From: Phycisphaerae bacterium
Lineage (GTDB): Bacteria > Planctomycetota > Phycisphaerae > Sedimentisphaerales > UBA12454
Assembly (NCBI GenBank): GCA_041661665.1
Contig: JBAZTW010000002.1
Span: 62,764-126,763 of the forward strand
Direction: 5' to 3'
DNA length: 64,000 nucleotides
The position numbers and the translations under genes were made by a program. This document shows, one piece after another, positions 27,502 through 35,407 of this stretch (the stretch's first letter is position 1; each line of letters starts with the position of its first letter). Under the pieces are notes generated by a model that did no database searches, was not told the DNA's origin, and saw only the letters and a program-made list of their open reading frames with translations.

Positions 27502-28095
27502 ATGAAGAATTTTAAATCGGTTGTAATTGCTCTATCAGTTTTGTTTTGCGTTTGTGCAAATGCCTCGCTAATCGGCATTCCAGCGTATTCCGGCACAACG
27601 ACATTCAACTTGTCGAATGGCACAAGCGTTCTAAATGCAAATGTGGAATATGCGGTTTTTGCTCCCGGTCAATACACCGGCAATGATATTTCTGGCGGCA
27701 GCGACTACATATACGCATATCAGATTTTCAGCAATTCGCCCGCATCGAATGTCGCGGTCGATTTCTTCTCGGTTGGGATTCCCATCGGCAGCGGCATAAA
27801 TGCTGTCGGCACTGATTCGACTTACGGCACATTGGGCGGCGTAAATCCGCTGGCATTTAATTTCCCGCAAAGCGCTGGGTATATGTTTATCTATTCGGCG
27901 CTTAATCCCGGTCAGCATTCTACGGTGCTTTTGTTTAGTTCCGATTATTCGCCGACGATGGGCTTTGGCACGGTCAGCGGCGGCGGTCTGAGCGGTATGG
28001 GTGCATTACCTACGCCATCTCTTGTACCTGAGCCTGCGACAATAGCGCTGCTCGTTCCGGCAATTATGGCATTAAGAATCAAACGAAAGAAATAA
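27502..28095 (+). CDS. PEP-CTERM sorting-domain protein
   Basis: Signal peptide. C-terminal VPEPATIALLVPAIMALRIKRKK (PEP motif + TM segment + basic tail). Confidence 0.85.
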   Translation: MKNFKSVVIALSVLFCVCANASLIGIPAYSGTTTFNLSNGTSVLNANVEYAVFAPGQYTGNDISGGSDYIYAYQIFSNSPASNVAVDFFSVGIPIGSGINAVGTDSTYGTLGGVNPLAFNFPQSAGYMFIYSALNPGQHSTVLLFSSDYSPTMGFGTVSGGGLSGMGALPTPSLVPEPATIALLVPAIMALRIKRKK

Positions 28096-28121
28096 TTGCA
28101 ATGATTACTAATGGGGGAAAA

Positions 28122-28655
28122 ATGAAATATTTGACTTTTACAATTTGCCTGACGCTCGCTGTCTGTACGACGGGTTTTGCGGGTGGCAACTATGCGGTGC
28201 TTATGCAGGAAAGTCCTGCGGGGGCAGGCGAAATACAACCCGGCCCTGGCGTACACACGTTTGGCGTAAATGAAAAGGTAACGCTCAATACTGTTCCGAA
28301 AAAAGGCTATAAGTTTGTGTATTGGCTTGGCGATGTGAGCGACCCGACAACTAACCGGACAACAATGTCGGTTGATGGGCCGAAAATTATTATCGCAGTT
28401 TTTGAAAGGGACGCTTATGAGCTGCCCAGTATGGATGGCGCGATTTCTCAGGGGCCGGAAAGTCTTACGCCTCGAAATGATTTGTTCGGCGGAGACTTGC
28501 CGTCAATTTCACCGCCGCCTTCACCGCCATCGCCGCCGGATGGCCCGAAGCCTCCGGATAATCCTGTGCCGGAACCTGGAACTATGATTCTGCTTGCATC
28601 GGGTATTTTTATATTGCGAAAGAGATTTTTTGGAAAACAGCGGTTTTTAAAATAG
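28122..28655 (+). CDS. PEP-CTERM sorting-domain protein with a bacterial-repeat (InlB B-repeat-like) domain
   Basis: Signal peptide MKYLTFTICLTLAVCTTGFAGG. VTLNTVPKKGYKFVYWLGDV repeat, Pro-rich linker, C-terminal PVPEPGTMILLASGIFILRKR. Confidence 0.85.
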   Translation: MKYLTFTICLTLAVCTTGFAGGNYAVLMQESPAGAGEIQPGPGVHTFGVNEKVTLNTVPKKGYKFVYWLGDVSDPTTNRTTMSVDGPKIIIAVFERDAYELPSMDGAISQGPESLTPRNDLFGGDLPSISPPPSPPSPPDGPKPPDNPVPEPGTMILLASGIFILRKRFFGKQRFLK

Positions 28656-28737
28656 TCTCGGCCGCCTGTCATGAGCTTGTCGAATGATGAGGCCGAAACC
28701 TTGATTTTGATTTTTAATCTTTGATTTTTGATATTTA
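28656..28737 (+). terminator. GC hairpin + T-rich low-complexity tail directly after the PEP-CTERM stop (terminator-like repeat module)
   Basis: TCTCGGCC...GGCCGA stem arms, then AACCTTGATTTTGATTTTTAATCTTTGATTTTTGATATTT. The AAAATAGTCTCGGC lead-in is shared with 34297-34310. Confidence 0.45.
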
Positions 28738-28748
28738 AATAAACGCCT

Positions 28749-28788
28749 GCGACATCAGGAGCCTGGTCCCCGGAATCCCTGATGTCGC
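28749..28788. repeat. REP-type hairpin with 11-bp perfect stem
   Basis: GCGACATCAGG (28749-28759) / CCTGATGTCGC (28778-28788), 18-nt loop. Confidence 0.85.
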
Positions 28789-28839
28789 TGGTAAAAATAC
28801 AGTGAAGCCCGGTTCTTGGGTATAGGAAGAAGATGCGGT

Positions 28840-28874
28840 CGGCGGTTTTAAAAAACCGCCGGCCAATTTTTTTT
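28840..28874 (+). repeat. Hairpin CGGCGGTTTT/AAAACCGCCG followed by a T8 run
   Basis: Read directly. The GC-hairpin / T-run / A-rich spacer / AAAACTTGCGCATT arrangement is also seen at 10087-10156. Confidence 0.6.
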
Positions 28875-28877
28875 AAA

Positions 28878-29130
28878 AAAATAAAAACTTGCGCATTTTC
28901 AGCCACCTTTTTAAGAGGAGTTTTGGTAAAAAAGTTTGTTTACAAGTTAAAAACCGCTTCTGGATATTAAAGACCCGTAGAAAAAGCGCAAGAAAATGGA
29001 AAAATTTCGCAAATTTCTTCAAAAAAAGTCAAATTTCGAACGACTTTAACCACAGATTACACGGATTTCACAGATTTTTGCAAGTTTTGAATGATTTTTA
29101 GAGGGTGAAATTGACGACTAAACAATTCGT
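28878..29130 (+). repeat. About 255-bp intergenic repeat, copy 2
   Basis: Aligns with the reverse complement of 12609-12864 (see that feature). Indels and a stop codon in copy 1 argue against coding. Confidence 0.8.
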
Positions 29131-29140
29131 CTTTTAACAT

Positions 29141-29177
29141 GAAGGCACAAAGTAGCAAAGGCACATAGGCACAAAGA
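29141..29177. repeat. Low-complexity GGCAC(A/G)(A/T)AG-type microrepeat
   Basis: GAAGGCACAAAGTAGCAAAGGCACATAGGCACAAAG. A related CACAAAGGCACGAAGACACGAAG lies at 40289-40312. Confidence 0.7.
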
Positions 29178-29468
29178 ATTGGAACCGCTGATTTCGCAGG
29201 TTTTTTTAGACGGGATAACAGGATAGTTTGGATATTAAAATTGTGGAGTTGACGGGGCTATTTTTCTGTGAGGGTGGGAAGGGATTTTTTTTATTTTTGG
29301 ATTGCTATTGTCCTGCTCAAGATTGATAATGTCTTTTAATTACTTTGGATTGTAATTGCAGGTTGGAGGCAGTCCTTACGGTTCGTTGTGGGACCATTTC
29401 AAACTGCATATCATTTGGTGAATAATGAAATATAATAAAATTAGTGGTTGAGGTAAGGTGGTAGAAGC

Positions 29469-31217
29469 ATGAAGCTAAAAAGATTCAAAATTAATGGTGT
29501 TAAGTCTATCATTGATAGTGGCAATTGTTATCTTTCAGATGACAACATTACCATATTTGCAGGTCAAAACGAAGCTGGTAAAACAGCAATTCTGCAAGCA
29601 TTGAATTATTTTTCTAATGGTATGACTCCAGAATTTAAAAAATACTCTTTACGTAGTGATATGCCCCCCCGTGTTGAATGTGAATTTGAACTTTCGAAAA
29701 GTGATATTGGTACGATATGTGAAAAGGATGTAAGATTCCGTGCAGTAACTAATGATCTGAAGAACTTTGTATTTTTCCGAGATGCCGAAAGTAAAGGATT
29801 TATATTTGATAATGGACTGCATTTGAATGTCATTGATTTATTGAAAAAAGACAGTTCTACCAAAAAAGATGTGGCCAAATTAGTGATAGAAAAAAACCCT
29901 AATGGCACCGACGAAGAAAAGGAAAATGCATTTAATAAGCAAGTTGACGTTTTAGCTAAAACTTTCGTAACAACAGTAATTAGTTTAATACCTGAGTTTA
30001 TATATTACGATACATTTAAGGATATTCTGCCAGATTCAATACAAGTTGGAAGCATTTCTAATAATCAAGCAGTCAAAGATTTAGAAAAGATATTAGGTAT
30101 TAGTTTTGCCACGGTTGTTAATTTGGATAAGCTTCAAAGAAAAAATAGATTAGATAGTGCCTTTGCAAGCTTAGCTATAAACTTTAATGAATATTGGTCG
30201 CAACAATTAACAGATGAGCAGGATACGTCTTACAAATTCCAATGGACGATCGATGGCACTGAAATTCAATTTTTTATAAATAGAAATGTTGGCGAATCTC
30301 TCTATTTGGCGCAAAAAAGTCAAGGGTTTAAGTGGTTTAACTCATTTTATCTTAGGCTTAAATCGCATCATTTGGAAAATAAAAAAAATAATTGTATTTT
30401 ATTAATTGATGAACCTGGTCAAGGACTCCATGAAACAGCGCAAATGGACGTTAAAAGGGTTATTGAAGATTTAGTATCACAGGGAATGCAAATAATATAT
30501 TCAACACATCATTCATTATTAATAGATGTTGATGATAAGATAAGCAGATTAAGACTGGTTTATCACGATAAAAAGGGATCTAAGATTGGAACTATTTCGC
30601 AATTTGCCTCAGGTAAAAGGCAAGCATTGGAAACTCTCTCCCCAATTGTTACTGCTATGGGGCTTGTGCGTGTTGATTTTTGCAATGGCAAGCTCAATGT
30701 TGTTTTAGAAGGCATTACAGATAAGTTCTATATAGAAGCGTTCAAAATACTTCTTGGTAATAAAAAAGAATATAATTTTATTCCTGCGGCGGGTGCGGAT
30801 AATATAAAGCATGTGGTTAGTATATTGTTAGGTTGGGGACATGACTTTAGAGTTATGCATGATAAAAAGCAGAACGTATATAATAAACTAAAGACGACTT
30901 TTTTTCCTTATCTTAAGCCCGAAGAAATAGATGAAAAGATTTTGCAACTTGAGCAAAACGGAATCGAGGATTTATTCACAAATAAAGATTTTCTAAAACA
31001 TGTTCTTGCTAAAACTGATATTCCTAATATTGATGAAAAACTTACTAACTCAGAGAATGCCAAACTATTAGGAAAGAAAGAATTGCTTGCAAGACTTTTC
31101 CTTGAGCAAGTAAAACAACCCGCTACGACAATAACAAAAGCAACATTGCAAAATGAAACTATCCAAAATTTTCAAAAGTTTTTTAATTGGCTAGATAGTA
31201 AAAGCATTGTCGTGTAA
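29469..31217 (+). CDS. ABC/OLD-type AAA ATPase fused to a C-terminal TOPRIM-like domain (OLD-family or fused PARIS-like candidate defence nuclease)
   Basis: 582 aa. Walker A GQNEAGKT (res 32-39), signature-like QKSQGFKW, Walker B ILLIDEPGQGLH, H-loop YSTHH, then NVVLEGITDKFYIEAF (E414) ... IPAAGADN ... FRVMHDKK. Markedly AT-rich relative to neighbours. Confidence 0.6.
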   Translation: MKLKRFKINGVKSIIDSGNCYLSDDNITIFAGQNEAGKTAILQALNYFSNGMTPEFKKYSLRSDMPPRVECEFELSKSDIGTICEKDVRFRAVTNDLKNFVFFRDAESKGFIFDNGLHLNVIDLLKKDSSTKKDVAKLVIEKNPNGTDEEKENAFNKQVDVLAKTFVTTVISLIPEFIYYDTFKDILPDSIQVGSISNNQAVKDLEKILGISFATVVNLDKLQRKNRLDSAFASLAINFNEYWSQQLTDEQDTSYKFQWTIDGTEIQFFINRNVGESLYLAQKSQGFKWFNSFYLRLKSHHLENKKNNCILLIDEPGQGLHETAQMDVKRVIEDLVSQGMQIIYSTHHSLLIDVDDKISRLRLVYHDKKGSKIGTISQFASGKRQALETLSPIVTAMGLVRVDFCNGKLNVVLEGITDKFYIEAFKILLGNKKEYNFIPAAGADNIKHVVSILLGWGHDFRVMHDKKQNVYNKLKTTFFPYLKPEEIDEKILQLEQNGIEDLFTNKDFLKHVLAKTDIPNIDEKLTNSENAKLLGKKELLARLFLEQVKQPATTITKATLQNETIQNFQKFFNWLDSKSIVV

Positions 31218-31276
31218 GAATGCCACCCTTACGAACCCGTCGAATAAATCGGCGGGCTAACTACGAAAAGAAATGA

Positions 31277-31312
31277 CCCCCGCAATTTCTTTGCAGAAAT
31301 TAAGCGCGGGGG
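31277..31312. repeat. Long bulged hairpin between the OLD-like gene and uvrB
   Basis: CCCCCGCAATTTCT-TTGC-AGAAATT(AAGC)GCGGGGG. No T-run follows, so it is not a canonical terminator. A second palindromic element CCCGTCGA..TCGGCGGG lies at 31236-31256. Confidence 0.7.
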
Positions 31313-31365
31313 CTAAACAAAATAATTCGTGAAATATGGGGGATATATGGTTAGAATCCCCGATT

Positions 31366-33351
31366 ATGACGGAATTTAAGTTAATAAGTGATTTTAAACC
31401 CAAGGGTGACCAGCCGAAGGCGATTGAGCAACTTGTTGGTAATCTGCGCTCCGGCAGGCAGTATCAGACGCTGCGTGGCGTTACAGGCAGCGGAAAGACC
31501 TTTACGATGGCTAATGTCATCGCTCAATACAAAAGGCCTGCGCTGGTTGTCAGCCATAATAAGACCCTTGCCGCCCAGCTTTATGAGGAATTCAAGGAGC
31601 TTTTCCCCAACAACGCGGTCGAATATTTTGTCAGCTACTACGATTATTACCAGCCTGAGGCGTATATTCCGCAGCGCGATATTTATATCGAAAAGGATGC
31701 ATCGCGAAACGATGAACTCGACAGGTTAAGGCTGGCGGCTACAGCCAGTCTGACAGGCAGAAAAGACGTAATTATTGTCGCTTCGGTTTCGTGCATTTTC
31801 GGATTAGGTTCGCCGGAGGATTATAAAGCAAGCGTTCTGGCTGTCTGCGTCGGCGATTCTGTCGAGCGAAACGAGCTGCTTGGAAAATTAGCTGATATTC
31901 AATACACCCGCAACGATATTGATTTTAAACGTGGGACATTTCGCGTGCGGGGCGATGTTGTCGAGCTTTGGCCGAGCTATGAATCGTTTGCTGTTCGGCT
32001 TGAGTTCTTCGGCGATGAAATCGAGAAAATAAATTATATAAATCCGACCAGCGGAGAAATTTTGTCATCTGACCAGCGGCTTTTCGTCTATCCGGCAGGT
32101 CATTATGTAATGCCCGCGGACAGGATTGAAGCCGCGACGGAGAGCATAAAGGAAGAATTGGCTCATCAAATGATGATGCTGCGGCAGGAAGGCAAACTTT
32201 TAGAAGCGCAAAGACTTCAGGCAAGGACGATGTACGATATTGAAATGCTCAAGGAAGTCGGCTTTTGCAGCGGGATTGAAAATTATTCAAGGCATTTGAG
32301 CGGTCTTGCGCCGGGGACGAGGCCTTATACTTTGATAGATTACTTCGGCGACGATTTTCTTTTGTTTATTGATGAATCGCACGTAAGCATTCCGCAGATT
32401 CGCGCGATGCACGCGGGCGACAAGAGCAGAAAGACTGTTTTGGTTGAACACGGTTTTCGACTGCCCAGTGCGCTTGATAACAGGCCATTGCGATTCGAGG
32501 AGTTTCAGGAGAACTGGAAAAAGGTGATATTTGTTTCGGCAACGCCTGCGGAGTTTGAACTGAATCTAAGCGGTGATGCGGTTATTGAGCAGGTTGTAAG
32601 GCCGACGGGTTTGCTCGACCCTGAGATTTTTGTCGAGCCGGCATCGAATCAGGTGCCTCATCTGCTTGGAGAAATTGAAAAACGGGTCAGTGCAAATCAG
32701 CGTGTTTTGGTTACGACTCTGACCAAAAGGCTTGCAGAGGATTTATCTTCTTATATAACGAAGAAGGGTTTTCGCTGCCGATATTTGCACAGCGAGATTA
32801 AGACGCTTGAACGGGTCGAGATACTCAGGGCTTTGCGAAACGGCGACTTTGATGTGCTGGTAGGCATAAATCTGCTTCGTGAAGGTCTGGATTTGCCTGA
32901 GGTTTCGCTTGTCGCGATTCTCGATGCGGACAAGCAGGGATTTCTGCGAAGTGAGACATCGCTGGTTCAGACTATCGGCAGGGCGGCTCGAAATGTCGAT
33001 GCTGCGGTTATTTTTTATGCTGATAAAGTAACCGAGGCGATGCAAAAAGCAATTGACGAAACAGCCAGACGGCGTAAAATACAATTCCAATATAATAAAG
33101 ATAATAATATCACGCCCGAAACAGTGAAAAAGCAGATTTATCATGGTCTGGCGGAAAAATTGAAGGCTCGCCAGATTGCCCGCGAGGCGGTGAATCTTGA
33201 TGATAGAGAATATGATGCAGCCGAGATTGTTGCGCAGATAGAAGAAGAAATGCTCGCGGCGGCTGAAAAACTTGACTTTGAAAAGGCGGCTTTTCTTAGA
33301 GACCAGTTGAAAGATTTAAAAGAGCTGCCGCAGATAAGGAATGCAAAATGA
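31366..33351 (+). CDS. uvrB: Excinuclease ABC subunit B
   Basis: MTEFKLISDFKPKGDQP.AI, Walker A GVTGSGKTFT, helicase motifs, C-terminal UVR domain. ATG at 31366 preferred over the track start at 31336. Confidence 0.95.
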   Translation: MTEFKLISDFKPKGDQPKAIEQLVGNLRSGRQYQTLRGVTGSGKTFTMANVIAQYKRPALVVSHNKTLAAQLYEEFKELFPNNAVEYFVSYYDYYQPEAYIPQRDIYIEKDASRNDELDRLRLAATASLTGRKDVIIVASVSCIFGLGSPEDYKASVLAVCVGDSVERNELLGKLADIQYTRNDIDFKRGTFRVRGDVVELWPSYESFAVRLEFFGDEIEKINYINPTSGEILSSDQRLFVYPAGHYVMPADRIEAATESIKEELAHQMMMLRQEGKLLEAQRLQARTMYDIEMLKEVGFCSGIENYSRHLSGLAPGTRPYTLIDYFGDDFLLFIDESHVSIPQIRAMHAGDKSRKTVLVEHGFRLPSALDNRPLRFEEFQENWKKVIFVSATPAEFELNLSGDAVIEQVVRPTGLLDPEIFVEPASNQVPHLLGEIEKRVSANQRVLVTTLTKRLAEDLSSYITKKGFRCRYLHSEIKTLERVEILRALRNGDFDVLVGINLLREGLDLPEVSLVAILDADKQGFLRSETSLVQTIGRAARNVDAAVIFYADKVTEAMQKAIDETARRRKIQFQYNKDNNITPETVKKQIYHGLAEKLKARQIAREAVNLDDREYDAAEIVAQIEEEMLAAAEKLDFEKAAFLRDQLKDLKELPQIRNAK

Positions 33352-34220
33352 AAAGTTTGAATATGGAAAAGGTTGCCAAACTGATTGATATGGCTGTTGA
33401 AGAAGATTATGGCGGGGGCGACCCATCATCAGAGCTTACGATACCGGCAAACGCGAAGGGCAAGGCGTATATCATAACGCGTGAAGAAATTGTCGTCGGC
33501 GGAATGCTCGTCGCGAAGGAAGTGCTTAAGCGGTATGACCCTCGGCTTAAGCTGAAAGTTTTTAAACGCGATGGTCAGCGAGCCAATGTCGCAGACAAAC
33601 TTGCGGTTATAGAAGGGCCTATGCGTTCTATGCTTTCGGCGGAGCGGGTTGTGCTGAATTTTCTTCAGAGGCTTTGCGGTGTCGCAACGATGACTTATAA
33701 ATATGTGCACGCAGTTCGCGGAACCAAGGCGAAAATTTATGATACCCGCAAGACGATGCCGGGCTGGCGGGAACTTGATAAATATGCAGTCCGCTGCGGC
33801 AAAGGGCATAACCACCGATATAATCTCAGCGAGGCGGTGATGTTTAAGGATAATCACGTCGCTCAAATGGGGAAAAATTTAAGCTCAAGACTGAAGGAGC
33901 TTGTTGCCAAAGCGAAAAAAATAAAAACCGTAAAATTTATCTGCGTTGAGGTTGACCACGTTGACGACCAGTTGAATTATGTTCTCAAAATCCCCGGCAT
34001 AGATGTTGTGCTTTTGGATAATATGGGGCAGTGGCAGTATAAGTATGCTGTCGCTATGAGAAATAAAATGTGCGGCGATAAGCCGCTCCTCGAAGCCAGC
34101 GGCGGAATTACCTTAAATAACGTAAGACAGATTGCCCTGTGCGGCGTGGATAGAATATCCATCGGAGCGATAACACACAGCGCAGTTTCTGTCGATATAG
34201 GCCTGGATAGAGAATTCTAA
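33348..34220 (+). CDS. nadC: Nicotinate-nucleotide (quinolinate) pyrophosphorylase
   Basis: 290 aa. YDTRKTMPGWRELDKYAVRCG.GHNHR..LS.AVMFKDNH. 4-nt overlap with uvrB. Confidence 0.9.
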   Translation: MKSLNMEKVAKLIDMAVEEDYGGGDPSSELTIPANAKGKAYIITREEIVVGGMLVAKEVLKRYDPRLKLKVFKRDGQRANVADKLAVIEGPMRSMLSAERVVLNFLQRLCGVATMTYKYVHAVRGTKAKIYDTRKTMPGWRELDKYAVRCGKGHNHRYNLSEAVMFKDNHVAQMGKNLSSRLKELVAKAKKIKTVKFICVEVDHVDDQLNYVLKIPGIDVVLLDNMGQWQYKYAVAMRNKMCGDKPLLEASGGITLNNVRQIALCGVDRISIGAITHSAVSVDIGLDREF

Positions 34221-34256
34221 GAACCTCTAAGGGAAAAGACAGCCGCAGTGATATAA

Positions 34257-34356
34257 ATTGAAGAATGAAGATTGTAGATTGAAGATTTTTAATTTTAAAA
34301 TAGTCTCGGCACAGCCGAAGCCACAAATCTTCATTTTTCAATCTTCAATTTTCATT
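34257..34356. repeat. Long imperfect palindrome: purine-rich low-complexity arm, central GC hairpin, pyrimidine-rich arm (terminator-like after nadC)
   Basis: Left arm ATTGAAGAATGAAGATTGTAGATTGAAGATTT. Centre TCGGC-ACA-GCCGA (34306-34318). Right arm AAATCTTCATTTTTCAATCTTCAATTTTCATT. Confidence 0.7.
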
Positions 34357-34396
34357 TTTTAAATCCAGTTTTTTCAGATATATTGGAACTTCTAAA

Positions 34397-35182
34397 TTGC
34401 TTGATGCTGATTTAATAAAATCAAATCTTAAAACCGTGCGAATCGGCAGAGAGATAATTGTTTATAAAAGCACATCAAGTACGAATGATATTGCCGCACA
34501 ATACGCAATCGGCGGCGAAAAAAATGACGGTTTCGTTGTTTTGGCAGAGCAGCAGACCGCGGGAAGAGGAAGAAGAGCCGCCAAATGGCTAAGTCAAACC
34601 GGCAAAAGCATTCTCTGTTCAATCCTTCTTCGCGATACCGGTATATCGTCGGGCATCATCGCGATAGCGTCAGCCGTTGCCGCCGCAGAGACAATCAGCA
34701 AATGCGGTTGCGCGGATTCCAAAATTAAATGGCCGAACGATATCTTTCTGGCAGGCAAAAAAGTCGCAGGGATTTTGATTGACGGCATCGTCAGGGCAGG
34801 GCAAAAATTTTATGTGATTGGCATTGGGATAAACTGCCATCAGACGCGGGAAGATTTTAACGGCGAACTGCGAGATATCGCTACAAGCATTGATATTCAA
34901 ATCGGCAATGTTTGCGACAGAAATAAAATTGCCGCTGAACTGCTGACAAGTCTTGAGCATTATTTGACGGCCGCGTTGGATAATCCCGCGGGCATAACCG
35001 AAAAATGGCAAAACCGAAATATGCTGCTGGGAAAAAAAATTGCCATTGAGCATAAAGGCGAAAAATTTACAGGCAACTGCATCGGTATCGAGCCGACAGA
35101 AGGGCTTATTGTTCAGCTTGAATGCGGGAATATCAGGACGTTTGATGCTGCGTTCACAACGGTTCTAAAAAGTCGGGAGTGA
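34397..35182 (+). CDS. birA: Biotin--[acetyl-CoA-carboxylase] ligase (class I, no HTH)
   Basis: 261 aa. GRGRRAAKW (GRGR.GR.W) biotin-binding loop and KWPNDI. Probable TTG start at 34397. Confidence 0.85.
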   Translation: MLDADLIKSNLKTVRIGREIIVYKSTSSTNDIAAQYAIGGEKNDGFVVLAEQQTAGRGRRAAKWLSQTGKSILCSILLRDTGISSGIIAIASAVAAAETISKCGCADSKIKWPNDIFLAGKKVAGILIDGIVRAGQKFYVIGIGINCHQTREDFNGELRDIATSIDIQIGNVCDRNKIAAELLTSLEHYLTAALDNPAGITEKWQNRNMLLGKKIAIEHKGEKFTGNCIGIEPTEGLIVQLECGNIRTFDAAFTTVLKSRE

Positions 35183-35272
35183 TAAAAACGCCATTTTTAA
35201 AGCAAAAACAGCGTTTGTGTTTTTGTTTAACTAACTATTGTCGGCAATATGACACCGAAAACATAAATTTTG

Positions 35273-35301
35273 TTGACATTTAAACTTTTTTTGTGCATAA
35301 T
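35273..35301 (+). promoter_or_regulatory. Strong sigma70-like promoter of the GT2 synthase gene
   Basis: TTGACA (35273-35278), 17-nt spacer, CATAAT (35296-35301). About 100-nt leader with hairpin GTTGCGG..CCGCAAC. Confidence 0.55.
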
Positions 35302-35407
35302 AGAGGGTTATATAGATGTTGCGGTGTCGTGTAGAACCGCAACTTTCAAACCCTTTGGAACACGCCTGATTCCAGTATCCTCGGCGGGCGCGAAGGAAAT
35401 TTTTCTT

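Noticed and set aside
28889-29101. 70-aa ORF inside the about 255-bp repeat (and the 12832..13032 ORF at the other copy)
   Set aside because: The homologous copy at 12609-12864 has indels and an early stop in the corresponding frame. The conservation is therefore at the DNA level, not the protein level.
35302-35407. Possible c-di-GMP or other riboswitch in the leader of the GT2 synthase
   Set aside because: The leader has one hairpin, but I could not match it to the conserved cores of the GEMM-I/II or other riboswitch classes that I can recall. It would need an Infernal/Rfam scan.
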